Shown: positions 1 to 13,940 of the stretch, piece after piece
Layout of the letters: each line of letters starts with the position of its first letter
Position numbering within the stretch: position 1 is the first letter of the stretch
Source of the DNA: Octopus bimaculoides
Lineage: Eukaryota
NCBI RefSeq assembly: GCF_001194135.2
Contig: NC_068991.1
Location: 70,216,721 to 70,266,115, forward strand
Direction: 5' to 3'
Length of the DNA: 49,395 nucleotides
Notes under the pieces: model-generated
Told to the model about the DNA's origin: nothing
What the model saw: the letters and a program-made list of their open reading frames with translations, nothing else
Database searches by the model: none
Position numbers and translations under genes: made by a program

Positions 1-36
<36 letters not shown>

Positions 37-1036
37 GATTATGACAGGGTATAGGTGTGGTAGTTAAACCGAGTTTCGGATTAAACTCATTCGGCTCTTT
101 TAAAGCCGAAAATGGGGAACAGTTGAAATTCCAATCGCGTGGCTATGGTACCGCTTCTTCTTTATTTTCTCAAGTTGCATATGTCCACATATGGATTCAC
201 TCCAGAATCGCGTATATACGAAGCGAACCTCTAAATCCCATAGCATTTTCTATAAATCCATATTCCAACATCGTTGGTTGAAAGCAAAATACCCATTGAA
301 GTCATTTCACTAAAAATAAGTTTTTAACATGATTTTGTCTTATATGTTCAATACATTTTTTTTTGTGTTAATTTCATTGAGATTGACAAAGAATGAAGAG
401 TGCTTTTTAAAGCAATATTTACTGTTGGAGTCCTTTTTCAATAAACCGAAATAGACAGCCATGCTCGTAGTTGACAACAATTCTCTGTGGTTTTCATACA
501 TAGTAATATATAGTCCCTGAAATCAAATTAGACGAATATCGAAATGACATCAATTTTAAAGTTAGAATTAATATAATATTAGAGAACGAATATTAACTTC
601 GAAAGAAGAGGAATTCTAATAGAAAGATAAATGCATCAAACCCAAAATTGAGCGAACTTTTGACGAAATGTTCTTCAAAATTAATTACATTTCCTACCTT
701 AAGTCGCCAATCTAATATATTTCTCTGCTGTTCTCTAATCATCACGCGGTAGTTTTAATGTAGCTGTTCTTTGAAGTAAGGAACATACAGGTACATGATA
801 AAAGACTTTTGAAATAAGGAACTACACAGTTAAATATTAATAATTTTTAATGGGTTTTTTTTTGGATTATTAGCAAACCAATAGCGGAATGTTCAATCTG
901 TATGATCCACATCGACAGCGGTGAGTTTATGTGGCTACTTGATCGGATAGAAATAGCAGCCACATATCAATTGACACCTCATACTATCATCTTTAGAAAA
1001 TACATAATCCAATTAACATGGGTCTATATGTGGCGT

Positions 1037-1391
1037 GAAGGTGCATAGCTTAGTGGTTAGGGATCGCATGGTCGCGAGTTCGATTCTTGGTGAGGCATTG
1101 TGTCCTTGAGCAAGACTCTTATTTCTCGTTGCTCTAGTCCTCTCAGCTGGAAAAAGTGTGTAATAACTGTATTTCAAGGGGACCGCCTTGTCACACTCTG
1201 TGTCATGCTGAATCTCCCTGGGAAGTAAGCGAAGGGGTACGCGTGTCTGTGGAGTACTCAGCCACTTGCAGTATGTGAAGGGGTATGCGTGTCTGTGGAG
1301 TGCTCAGCCACTTGCACGTTAAGCTCACGAGCAAGCTGTTCCGTTGATCGGATCAACTGGAACCATTGTCGTCGTAAGCGGCGTACTGCCA
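1037..1391 (+). mobile_element. tRNA-derived SINE variant: family-A-like head and tail with a CORE-like middle
   Basis: A-box-like TAGCTTAGTGG and B-box GAGTTCGATTC; middle GCATTGTGTCCTTGAGCAAGAC resembles the MIR/CORE start; 3' half matches family A (tgtcacactctgtg...gttccgttgatcggatcaactggaacc); internal 46-bp-period duplication at 1231-1270 / 1277-1316. Confidence 0.8.
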
Positions 1392-2945
1392 GCTTTTTTC
1401 AGTCTCACAGATATAGTATGAACCTAAGTGTACAACGTGAAACGTTTACAAAAACATTATTATAAACGGCTGGACGTGAACGTCTTCTAAAACCTGCAGG
1501 ATGCCCCAGTATGACCTCAGACATCTTGAATCCAGATGAAAGAAAAGATTAAAAAATAAAGACCTACGATATAAGAGCATATCAACTTGCGATGAAGAAT
1601 AAGAACTGCAATGTATTATATGTACATAGCTGACTTGATTTAGATCGATCCAAGAAACATTTCCATCTCTATGTACTCTAAACAATAAGGACTTCATTAT
1701 GAACCTTTCTTATATTTGTCACTATATTCCTTTCTCTGTAAATTAAAAATTTCACGTAATTTAAGCTGAATAGACCCTATATTCCTGACCACGTTGTACG
1801 GATGCAACCCAGCCACATCGAACTATCAGTTATATACGAATGTTAATGTTTCTTTCAATGCAATAAACTTTAATTAAAAGAGAGAAAGTTTTATCGAATA
1901 TATGCGTTAGAAAATAAAATAAAAACACGTGACTTAAAACTTTTGCATTCGAAAATAAAATAAAATATAGATTCCTGGCTAATATCGATCCCCTCCGTCG
2001 GCACCGTATTGAGTAACCAATTGACTCTGAAAACATATATACGTATACACGTGTATANNNNNNNNNNTATATACATATACATATATCCCACTACTCTACC
2101 ATGACCTATATATATACATACATATATATACACACACACACACATATATATATTTATATACAGACACATATATATATATACACACATATATAAATACATA
2201 TATATATATTATGTGTGCGTGTGTATATACACGTCTATAAATGTATGTGTATGCTTTTGTGTACTTACCTACGTAGGTCTCTGGGTATATATGTACGCTC
2301 ACAAACATATACACGCTTAAGTATACTATACAGACCACCTTATTGTCATATGCACCTGAATCTGTATGAGCACAGGGGTTTCAATGACCGTTATTGTATC
2401 CACATAGGAAGCAAGATTCGGAATGCAATATCAGTAATATTCTCGTTGTTTTACATAACTTAAAATATTAAATGGCAGTAAGTGGATCGATTTGAGAATA
2501 GACTGATACAGAAAGAGAGTGTATATCCTGCCAGTTGAAAGAATATATCGTTTTTTTTCTTTTTTCTTTTAACACTCTCCATTTACATCGAATTCAGTTC
2601 AGTGATGAATAGACAATTTTTCATTTTTTTTTTTAATTTCATTTTTGCTATATTTTGGGGGTTCATATCTAAGTTAGGTGGTTAATTTCACACGTCCTAC
2701 GTCCACCTATGTACTATTTAATGTTTTGTGCTTAGTTATTCATAGAATCGTGGATTTATCCTGCATCCGTGTATGCATATGTATAGACTCACGCACACAA
2801 ACATATAAATAGATACATGTCTTACATATGCATGTTTATATGTAGGTGTGTATATATATACATATATATATACACACATAATATTGCTTTTGCCTTATGC
2901 TTATCTATATCTCTATCAATCTGTATTCTTCTTCGTCTCTTTGCA

Positions 2946-3036
<91 letters not shown>

Positions 3037-3653
3037 GTATATGCATATATATAATATATCATATATATATATATCTATATATATATTTATATTTATATTT
3101 ATACACCTATATGCTAACTAAGGTATTACATTCCGTGTTATATTCCATATTTTGAATTCATGCTGTGAATCATAAAATTTAAAAGAACAAACATATTTTC
3201 GGTAAAATTTTAAAATGTCCTTCAATGCCTAAATTTTTTTCATGTTCGATTTAAGTAGTAAATGCATATTACTTGTTTAGAATTAACATTCAAATAAGTG
3301 TTCAATAAACGCAGTTTAAAATTTCTTGTTGTAGCTTGTGAGTTAGGTGTTCTGTGTTGTGAATCCTGAGATTTCTTCATGTTTAGCCTCGATTCTGAGA
3401 TAATAATGATGAGAAGTGAGAGAATAACGTGCCATCTCTATATATTTATTCATTATCACAATTAGCAAACTAAGGACAGCATTAGGCCTCTGTGCTTTTT
3501 AGTTTTTGGCATTTGATTTGAGAATGCTATGTCTGACATCTCGAGCCATCAGGCAGAATATCCCTCTTTGACCTCTATTTCCTTCTGGTAAATGTAAATA
3601 TACATGTTTGAGTGTATGTATGCGTGTAAGCGAGTATATATACGTAGGAAAAG

Positions 3654-3820
3654 GTGTGGAGACAGCCAAAAGAAGCATTTGATCCAGACTACCCTCTTCC
3701 AGCTGTTAAACATGGGGGAGAATCTGTGATGATCTGGGAGCGGGGGGGGCTATATCTTGGAAATCCGCCGACCAAATGGTTTCCCTTTATGGCAGAATTA
3801 ATATGGCTGAGTTAAATTCA
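3654..3820 (+). pseudogene. Tc1/mariner transposase fragment (frameshifted)
   Basis: Manual translation VWRQPKEAFDPDYPLPAVKHGGESVMIW, then after a frameshift AISWKSADQMVSLYGRIN; matches the Tc1 motif PTVKHGGGSVM(I/V)W. Truncated at 3821 by the repeat that follows. Confidence 0.8.
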
Positions 3821-4231
3821 GTTATTTCTCCCTGTGTCTGTGAAATCTTGTATCCCGGCTGTAAGGCCTTATTTCCATATACGCCAGCTTAATTTTATTC
3901 GTCCTTAGTCGAAAGACATCTGTTGTTTGTCCTGTTATTATTCCTACTGTATTTGGTTAACATTGCTCGTTTTTTTCGTCCTTGTTTTTGTATACATTCG
4001 CTGCTTTCTTCCAACGAATTTAATGCTCTTAGCTTAGTTTTTCCTTGGGGGTGGCCAGATTGGAGCAATATCGAGAATAACCAGCCGAAATTGCAAAGAT
4101 AATCTGGATCTCGACTGAAGAGAGAAAACGCTAAATGACTTGTCCTTGTTTTCTTTGTATCGTCTATCTGTATGTTTTGTCCCTTCCTTGTATCACCTAA
4201 CTGTTTTGAGTTCTTGTCCCATTCTGTATTA
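3821..4231 (+). mobile_element. Interspersed repeat, 5'-truncated copy 1 (Penelope-like terminal repeat?)
   Basis: Aligns by eye at roughly 90-93% to 4560-4982; ends at cccattctgtatta followed by (TA)n. Confidence 0.6.
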
Positions 4232-4289
4232 TCTATATATATACATATATAGCCGCGTACGTACACTTTGTCTCTTATATGTAAGTACA

Positions 4290-4977
4290 CATTTTTCTTA
4301 ATCTTGTATGACTCTATTTCTGTCTATCAGCCCCTTCACCCTTATTCACTGTTCGTTCTTTCGTTCCCCCTCGCTCACATTTCCTTGCCTTCTCTTCTCC
4401 CTCCACTTTTCACTTCACTGTGTCCCTGTCATTTTTTCTCGCCCCTCCATAATTATTTTGTCCCTCTACCTCTCTCTCTCTCTCTTCTCTTCCCACGTGA
4501 CCGGTGTTCGGCCAAGCCTGACCTTTCTTTTTTGGGGCGGCTGTTGTGCGTGCAACATCGTTATTTCTCCCTGTGCTTGTGAAATCTTGTATCCCGGCTG
4601 TAAGGCCTTATTTCCATATACGCCAGCTTAATTTTATTCGTCCTTAGTCGAAAGACATCTGCTGTTATGTCCCGTTATTATTCCTACTGTATTTGTGTAA
4701 CATTGTTCGTTTTTTTTTTCGTCCTTGATTTTGTATACATTCGCTTCTTTCTTCCAAGGAATCTAATGCCCTTAGCTTAGTTTTTCCTTAGGTCTGGCCA
4801 GATTGGAGCAATATAGAGAATAACCAGTCGAAATTGCAAGGATAATCTGGATTTCGACTGAAGAGAGAAAACTCCGAATGATCTGTCCGTGTTTTCTTTG
4901 TATCGTCTATCTGGATGTTTTGTCCCTTTCTTGCATCACCTAACTGTTTGGATGTTTTGCGTTCTTGTCCCATTCTG

Positions 4978-4982
<5 letters not shown>
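4290..4982 (+). mobile_element. Interspersed repeat, longer copy 2 (Penelope-like terminal repeat?)
   Basis: 4560-4982 duplicates 3821-4231 (offset 739 bp) with the same 3' end and (TA)n tail; the left boundary near 4290 is approximate. Confidence 0.55.
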
Positions 4983-5022
<40 letters not shown>

Positions 5023-5449
5023 TATATATGAACGTGTTTGTGTGTGTGTGTATCTATATGTATTTGTGGATGCACTGTAACATATGTCTCTTATTTTGAG
5101 CCAATGGACTTATGAAACACCATAAAACAAACATTTGTGCGAAATTCTAAACGCTTATTAAATCACTTACACTCCATTTAACAAACACATAAACACTCCC
5201 TATCAGATACTGAGTTCTGATCCTCTCGTTTATGAAACCGAAGTTACGCGCGGACCCACATGTACACAAACATGTGCACACATATATATCACGTGCAAAT
5301 GTGTTTATTATATCAACAGCTGATAGACGACTCTGGCTGGATTGTTCAGGACTGTCATGAGAAGCAGAGAGGCAGAAGGCATCAAGGGGGTGCAATCTCT
5401 TTGACTTTGGCGATGTTGGCGACGTCTTTCTCTCTCTCTCTGTCGCTCC

Positions 5450-5485
<36 letters not shown>

Positions 5486-5934
5486 TATCATCAGCCGTGT
5501 CACGCACAACACTCGTTAACATCCCATTAAGATGCATAGAAAGTTTATCTGTTTCTAAATGCAAAGAAGACTGAATATGTGACCAGCAATGAGGACGAAA
5601 GCCAGTCTGTTCTAGTGAGAACATGATTCAAACAGCCTATACCATGAAGTACCTTGGTTTCTATTTTGCTGACAATAACATGTTTTGAAACCACAAAGTA
5701 TTTTAAATTCAGTATAACTTACTTTCTTTTGTGCATGTGAACAAACCTTTCCACCCTAAGGAGCCGAAACACGGAATATGAAGACGCTTACAATTTGGCT
5801 GAATAGTACATGAACCAGGTTTCACGTGAAGGATTAAAACATCACATGGGGTGAGTATAAGGATAATGAGGAAAAATAGTGCACAAATTGTACCCATATC
5901 TATGGCTTCACATTTAAACACAAGGCGAATAACA

Positions 5935-6075
5935 TAGTCGATTCATTTGATGCCATGCTCGTTTGGTTGTTATTTTATCAGCACGGAAAGGAATATGAAC
6001 TCTGAACATTAAGACGGACAAAATTCTGGTAAGCATTTTGCCTGGTGTGCTAACTGCTATACCAGTTCGTAGCAG
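5935..6075 (-). mobile_element. SINE family B, degenerate
   Basis: gaactctgaacatt and aagcattttgcctggtgtgctaac match the reverse complement of the family B head. Confidence 0.5.
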
Positions 6076-6372
6076 CGTTTCTCATATCTTATATAATTGC
6101 TCAAAACTTGGTGAGCTTTGTTACTGGAAGATAAGCACTACATGGAATTCAACACCTACCGAAAAGATTATTGCCGTTGCACTGTAGGACATATCTAGAA
6201 GACAGGTGACTGAGGAATGGATATACGTTTATATAGTATTGCATGTATATTTATACATGCATACGTATAAATGATTGCATGTGTGAATGTGTGTGTATAC
6301 TTTCATATATATGTCTCGCTTTATCTCTGCCTTTCTCTCTTGCACTTCCTCTTTCTTTATTTCTTTCCCTCT

Positions 6373-6403
<31 letters not shown>

Positions 6404-6669
6404 NNNNNNNNNNNNNNNNNNNNNNNNNNNNNNNNNNNNNNNNNNNNNNNNNNNNNNNNNNNNNNNNNNNNNNNNNNNNNNNNNNNNNNNNNNNNNNNNN
6501 NNNNNNNNNNNNNNNNNNNNNNNNNNNNNNNNNNNNNNNNNNNNNNNNNNNNNNNNNNNNNNNNNNNNNNNNNNNNNNNNNNNNNNNNNNNNNNNNNNNN
6601 NNNNNNNNNNNNNNNNNNNNNNNNNNNNNNNNNNNNNNNNNNNNNNNNNNNNNNNNNNNNNNNNNNNNN

Positions 6670-6711
<42 letters not shown>

Positions 6712-7440
6712 GAATATGCATATATACGTACATATATGTACATACCTACATATATATATATGTATATGCATATACATATATGGCTACAGGACGTCACAGT
6801 ACGTACACAACATTAAATACGAAAACATGGAATACGAACTTTTTGGGCGAACAACGAAAGAAACAAATGGAAGAGAAGACAAGCAACATAAAGAACGACC
6901 CTTATATATACATATGCATATATATACATGTATACACATTTATATGTTTATACATATATATATTTACACGCTCATGTATTCACTTGTACCTATGTAATGA
7001 GTGGTACGTGAATGTTTGTACGTTTTTGTTACGTTTATCTGTATGAATGTGTCTGTATTACGTATTTGAGTGTAAGACAGTGTGTATAATATGTGTGTAT
7101 ATAAACGAGTTGATGGGCAATTGTGTCTCTGAACATTGTTAATACGCGTGTTTTCATGTATAATCATATGTGCGCGAGCTTGTGTGTGAATCTGTGTTTG
7201 CAATTGTGTATATATGTATGTGCGTGTGTGCCCTCGTTTGTGTATGGCTGTATGAGTGTATGTAAATCTGAATGTGTGCATTAGCATGTATTTGTATAAA
7301 GAATAATGATTGCAGACAATACAAAGGAAATGACTGATTCGTTTTGCCAATGTATTGTGTTGAGTTTACCATGATGTGTACATTGTACAAGACGCAGATA
7401 GGAAGTTTGTGTATGTATGTAAGAAAGAGGGAAGCATTAG

Positions 7441-7531
7441 ATAGATAAACAGAGAGAGAGAAAGAGAGAAGAGAGAAACAAACAGACAGGCAGATAGACA
7501 GATAGAGAGACAGATGGAGAGACAGATAGAC

Positions 7532-7594
<63 letters not shown>

Positions 7595-7619
7595 CTGAGA
7601 GAGAGACAGAGAGAGACAA

Positions 7620-7670
<51 letters not shown>

Positions 7671-7735
7671 GACAGACAGACAGACAGACAGACATACAGA
7701 TAGACAAATAGATAGACAGATAGATAGACAGAAAG
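7441..7735. repeat. Compound (GATA)n/(GA)n/(GACA)n microsatellite
   Basis: Seen directly. Confidence 0.95.
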
Positions 7736-8004
7736 ATATAATTAGGGAGATAAAAAAATTGAGATGTGTGTATATGTGGATACTTCCTTGTGTTGATTTG
7801 CGCTGATATTTTCTGCTGTTCAGTGGTCGGGCTGGTCGATCGGACTATAGAATGGCACAGTTGTTCTTACACAAAAGTTTGCTGTTGCATAAATGCGAAT
7901 ACAGTTGTACGACATTCTGTTTTCTTTTTTTGTTTGTTTGTTTGTTGGGGTTTTTTTTTGCATGCGTGTGTATGTGCACTTGTTTATTGAATATATTAAC
8001 ATAA

Positions 8005-8005
<1 letters not shown>

Positions 8006-8063
<58 letters not shown>

Positions 8064-8440
8064 GGTTTTCAACCGACAGCCACGCCCCAGATAACCATCA
8101 TAGAAATACTAATAAATAGAAGAAGAAGAAGAAGAAGAAGAAGAAGAAGAAGAAGAAGAAGAAGAAGAAGAAGAAGAAGAAGAAGAAGAAGAAGAAGAAG
8201 AAGAAGAAGAAGATCAACAACAACAACAACAAGAACAACAACAATAAGACTGCGACGACGACGTCGAAGACGCCACCGCGATGATGACGACGACTATGAC
8301 GGTGACAATGATGATGATGGATTTTGTTGTTGATGCGATGAAGAGGCAAGAAACCGAGAGGAAGTATGGAGGAAATTGCCGCGGAAAAAGATAGCGCATC
8401 GAAAGAAATAGATTGGAAAAAAAAAAAAAANNNNNNNNNN

Positions 8441-8480
<40 letters not shown>
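8006..8480. repeat. (AAT)n, (GAA)n, degenerate (CAA/GAT)n and (AAT)n cluster
   Basis: (AAT)n 8006-8061, (GAA)n 8117-8211, (AAT)n 8441-8480. Confidence 0.95.
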
Positions 8481-8483
<3 letters not shown>

Positions 8484-10835
8484 AACATAACCATTCCAAG
8501 AAAATAAACAAATGTAAGGAAGAAAACACAAACAATAAAAAGAAACTTAATGAAAACAAGAAAAACGAAAGAAATATAAAGAGAAAGGGACAAGAAAGAA
8601 CTCCTTGGCTGCCTCCTGTGCCAACCCTTATCTGTTGACAATGATCTTAGTGAGTTAATGATAATAGGCCTGAGTTTTAAACAGTGGGTTTATCAAAAGG
8701 AATTTTGAAAACAATTAACTCCTTTCATTTCTGTTCTGACTAAAGAATGTTTTACAACTCATTTGTACTCCTGACAGGGGCCCCACAGCTCAGACGTACT
8801 CTTAAAAATTGCTGCGCTATTTACCTTTAGTCATCAATTGGTGTTTGTGTGCTTGTTGTTTTGTTTTTAGCTTTGAAGAAGGTTTTCAATTTTCCCCTTC
8901 TCCATGCTTGTACACAAAGTTCTTTGGCTTATGCAGTTTGCCCCTATTTCATAAGGTACATTATTTCCTTTTTGAACTTCATTTTTTTTTTGTTTATTTG
9001 TTTGTTCTTGATTTTTAGGGGGTTGGCGCAGTTTACTTTTTATTATTTCTACTCTCACTGTATTTTTTCCCTTATACAGTTTCATACAAATAAATGTATA
9101 TGTGTGCGTCTATGTGTGTGTAAGTGAATACGTTTGTGGGCTTATGGCTGCGTATGTATAATTATATATATNNNNNNNNNNNNNNNNNNNNNNNNNNNNN
9201 NNNNNNNNNNNNNNNNNNNNNNNNNNNNNNNNNNNNNNNNNNNNNNNNNNNNNNNNNNNNNNNNNNNNNNNNNNNNNNNNNNNNNNNNNNNNNNNNNNNN
9301 NNNNNNNNNNNNNNNNNNNNNNNNNNNNNNNNNNNNNNNNNNNNNNNNNNNNNNNNNNNNNNNNNNNNNNNNNNNNNNNNNNNNNNNNNNNNNNNNNNNN
9401 NNNNNNNNNNNNNNNNNNNNNNNNNNNNNNNNNNNNNNNNNNNNNNNNNNNNNNNNNNNNNNNNNNNNNNNNNNNNNNNNNNNNNNNNNNNNNNNNNNNN
9501 NNNNNNNNNNNNNNNNNNNNNNNNNNNNNNNNNNNNNNNNNNNNNNNNNNNNNNNNNNNNNNNNNNNNNNNNNNNNNNNNNNNNNNNNNNNNNNNNNNNN
9601 NNNNNNNNNNNNNNNNNNNNNNNNNNNNNNNNNNNNNNNNNNNNNNNNNNNNNNNNNNNNNNNNNNNNNNNNNNNNNNNNNNNNNNNNNNNNNNNNNNNN
9701 NNNNNNNNNNNNNNNNNNNNNNNNNNNNNNNNNNNNNNNNNNNNNNNNNNNNNNNNNNNNNNNNNNNNNNNNNNNNNNNNNNNNNNNNNNNNNNNNNNNN
9801 NNNNNNNNNNNNNNNNNNNNNNNNNNNNNNNNNNNNNNNNNNNNNNNNNNNNNNNNNNNNNNNNNNNNNNNNNNNNNNNNNNNNNNNNNNNNNNNNNNNN
9901 NNNNNNNNNNNNNNNNNNNNNNNNNNNNNNNNNNNNNNNNNNNNNNNNNNNNNNNNNNNNNNNNNNNNNNNNNNNNNNNNNNNNNNNNNNNNNNNNNNNN
10001 NNNNNNNNNNNNNNNNNNNNNNNNNNNNNNNNNNNNNNNNNNNNNNNNNNNNACATATATATATATATATATAGACACACATATATAGATACATGGATAA
10101 AGAGCTAGATAGAGAGATAGAGATAGATATATATATAGATAGATACATACATACATACATACATACATACATACATACATACGTACACACGTAATTCATA
10201 CATTCATACATATACACACACACACACACCCTTCTACTCAAATGATTCTTTTTAGTCAAGTTTATTTTTGATTTATTCTCCATTTTTTACGTCTCTTTTA
10301 CCTCAATTTCTTATTTCCTGTTCTGCTTTTTATTTCATTTCTTAAAATTTTCCACTAGATTTTTTTTTTTTGATTTTTATCGCAATTTATTACGAATTCT
10401 TTTCTGTTTATTTTATTTTTTGTTTTGTTTTGTTTTTCCTTATATTATTGTTGCTTCAGTTACCTTCTATTATATTTCATCATACAGTTTACTGTTTTAT
10501 TCTTAAACAAACATTATCATCTTCATCGCCATGCTGCTTTTCACTGAAGTGAAATTTGAAAGGAAACTGTGCCAACTTCTTTGTAGAAACAACGACGACA
10601 ACATCAACAACAAGAAAAACAACAGAGTATGAAAAACCGAATGTGTCACCCTCTTAATGAAGGAATGATTCCAGAAAAGGGCTCTCAATAGAATGTCGGT
10701 TTTCTATAGTCGAAGCTTTTACATTTTTTCTAGACCATAAAAATGTGTTATCTTTCTTCCTTTTTTTATTTTTGCACTTTTTTATTTTAAAGGTTCATAT
10801 ACATTTATATACACACACATGGACGCACGCCCATG

Positions 10836-10874
<39 letters not shown>

Positions 10875-11082
10875 TCCCACCCCAAACAAATCCACAGATA
10901 TACGAACGAAAGAAACAAACTATGATGATAATAAAGACATCAAATGTTGGAATAGAATGAAGCACAAATATATATATATACATATATATACATATACACG
11001 TACGCATTTACGCACTCACACACAATTTGCATTGATAGAGACAATAAGAACCACCGAGAGAGAGAGATAGAGAGGGAGAAAT

Positions 11083-11127
<45 letters not shown>

Positions 11128-11379
11128 NNNNNNNNNNTGTGTGTGTGTGTGTGTGTATGTGTGTGTGTGTGTGTGTGTGTCTATGTGAGTGTGCCTGTGT
11201 ATGCATGTGTGGCAGAGAGACAGATAGAAGTGGAGAGTGTTGTGTTGATAGAAGTGGAGAGAAAGAGGTGGCGAGTAAGGTGAAGAAAGACGTGGAGAGT
11301 GAGATTAATTTTGTATTGTAAAGCAATCACTAAGCTATGTGTGCAGTCCTTTCTGAATGACACAGCATCAAATGGAAAT

Positions 11380-11525
11380 TTTGCTATTTCCTGCCAACGT
11401 TTTACCACAAAATACACTATCTTGAACAAAACGCTTCCGCTCTATATCAAAGATAATTCCTCACACTCACTTAACTTCTTGAATAGCCGGAAAGTCAACA
11501 TTCTGAAATGGTTTGCCAAGAAGCA
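11380..11525 (+). pseudogene. Possible highly decayed Tc1/mariner transposase fragment
   Basis: ORF segment KYTILNKTLPLYIKDNSSHSLNFLNSRKVNILKWFAKK resembles the Tc1 pattern KY..IL...LLP...QDN..H..FL....V.VL.WP; the downstream SPDLNPIE motif is absent. Confidence 0.4.
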
Positions 11526-12155
11526 TGCTGTTATTGTGAAAATATAGTTAAGTATTTTATATAACCTGAACAATATCACCCATCGACATCACTATCTCGC
11601 TAGAAATTGGTCCAAAGAAATCATTAAATAAATGGAAATAAAACAATAAAAAGAAGAGATCTTTTCTTCAGCGGTAGCAGTAAATTTCTAAATGTAGCAG
11701 TGTGTCCCTGCCTTCGTTCATCTTTAGCAAGTTCTCCTTTCATTCACTTAATTTAAGCAATTTTAATCTAATTTGACCGCCATTTACTCCTTTCAACGGT
11801 CACATGATATCCATATCCCTCTCTCTTGACAATTGCTTCTTTTTTTTTTCCTTCTTTTTTTTTTCCTTCTTTTTTTTTGCGTTTTTGGAAATTACCCATT
11901 GTCTACGGTTGCTCAGTCAAACATTCCCAAAACACTGCTACACTTACAGGTCAAATAAACGATAAACAAAGGTCGCCTAAAAAAAAACCGTACTTTCGGT
12001 TCAACCCAATTGCGTAATGACTAGGGTTACTAGAAATAGCAACCAAGTCTCCCACGCTCTGAAGAAAATTCGACAGAATTAATACTGGTTAATTTGAAGT
12101 TACATACAAGATTTGCAAAACATAACAAAGCAATACTACTACAACTACTTCTAAA

Positions 12156-12156
<1 letters not shown>

Positions 12157-12243
<87 letters not shown>

Positions 12244-12246
12244 ACT
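12157..12246. repeat. (ACT)n-(GCT)n compound microsatellite
   Basis: Seen directly. Confidence 0.95.
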
Positions 12247-12322
12247 GCCACCATATCCACTACTACTAATAATGCCACCAACACAAACTTATACAGACAC
12301 ACATGCATGTGTNNNNNNNNNN

Positions 12323-12478
12323 TTCTTTCAGTTTCCGTCTACCAAATCCGCTTACAAGGCTTTGGTCAGCCCGAGGCTATAGTAGAAGACACTTGCCCAA
12401 GGTGCCACGCAGTGGGACTGATCCCGGAACCATGTGGTTGGTAAGCAAGCTACTCACCACACAGCCACTCCTACGCCT
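12323..12478 (-). mobile_element. SINE family C, 5' half (remainder lost at the gap)
   Basis: Reverse complement closely matches the 5' parts of 14830- and 30561- (aggagtggctgtgtggtaagtagcttgcttaccaaccacatggttccggg). Confidence 0.9.
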
Positions 12479-13793
12479 ATATATTTATATATATGTACGT
12501 GTGACCGAGCAATACCTTGTAAGTTACATTTGGTACTGAAACTTCGTGTGTGTATGTGTTGCTTCACAAGATTCACCGGCGCAATTTCGAAATCGCAGTT
12601 AATTATGTTTAAATTTTTATGGGAATTAATTATTTCCTTTTTTTTTTTTTTTTTTCGCTTTTACCAATATTTGAGTTCACGTGCGACATAGCATTTGTTT
12701 CTTTCTGAATATTAATAAACACAGCATAACTGTTATAGATAAACACACGCATACATTCCCACACAAATAGAACTTCATACCCATATGCATACATATTGTG
12801 CTCGTATGGGATCTTTCGATGTGCGTTTATGTAGAACGTAAACGCCATTATGTAAGATATATATACATGTATATGTGCATGTATGTATGTACATATATAA
12901 ACACAAACATATCTATGTGTGTATGTATATATGTACATACACACAAACAAACATATCTAAGTATGCGTGTATGCATGTATGTATATATATTTATTCTTTC
13001 ATACATTCATGTATGTATATANNNNNNNNNNNNNNNNNNNNNNNNNNNNNNNNNNNNNNNNNNNNNNNNNNNNNNNNNNNNNNNNNNNNNNNNNNNNNNN
13101 NNNNNNNNNNNNNNNNNNNNNNNNNNNNNNNNNNNNNNNNNNNNNNNNNNNNNNNNNNNNNNNNNNNNNNNNNNNNNNNNNNNNNNNNNNNNNNNNNNNN
13201 NNNNNNNNNNNNNNNNNNNNNNNNNNNNNNNNNNNNNNNNNNNNNNNNNNNNNNNNNNNNNNNNNNNNNNNNNNNNNNNNNNNNNNNNNNNNNNNNNNNN
13301 NNNNNNNNNNNNNNNNNNNNNNNNNNNNNNNNNNNNNNNNNNNNNNNNNNNNNNNNNNNNNNNNNNNNNNNNNNNNNNNNNNNNNNNNNNNNNNNNNNNN
13401 NNNNNNNNNNNNNNNNNNNNNNNNNNNNNNNNNNNNNNNNNNNNNNNNNNNNNNNNNNNNNNNNNNNNNNNNNNNNNNNNNNNNNNNNNNNNNNNNNNNN
13501 NNNNNNNNNNNNNNNNNNNNNNNNNNNNNNNNNNNNNNNTGTGTATGTGTGTATGTGTGTGTGTGTGTGCGTGTGTGTGTAAATGTGCTTGTCTGTGTGT
13601 ATATACGCCTGCATGTATGTATGTATATATATGTATGCATATGCGCATACATATATTCATGTATATTTATGTATGTGTGTGTATATGTGTGTGTATGTGC
13701 GTGTGTGCATGTGTGAGTGTGCACATGTATATATATAGTTGTGTGTATGTGTATATATATATGTGTGTGTTTGTATATACATATATATATATG

Positions 13794-13829
<36 letters not shown>

Positions 13830-13909
13830 TATATACATACATTCATAGATATGTATGTATATTTAAATAAATTTGCATATACAGATATGTGTGTATGCGT
13901 GTATATAAT

Positions 13910-13940
<31 letters not shown>

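Noticed and set aside
4855-4890. Hammerhead-like CTGAAGA-GAGAAAACTC-CGAAT in the Penelope-like repeat (also near 4115 and 18662)
   Set aside because: GAA is followed by T rather than A, there is no A15.1-U16.1 helix III, and no helix I pairs around a cleavage triplet in any of the three copies.
5330-5700. EQTGFRP on the minus strand, resembling LINE RT EQ.GFR
   Set aside because: One short motif; the expected downstream DF.KAFD is not recoverable, and a (GA)n run interrupts the region.
8871-8956. Plus-strand AG...GT bounded segment
   Set aside because: Two frames are open, the peptide is unremarkable, and such signals are expected by chance in T-rich DNA.
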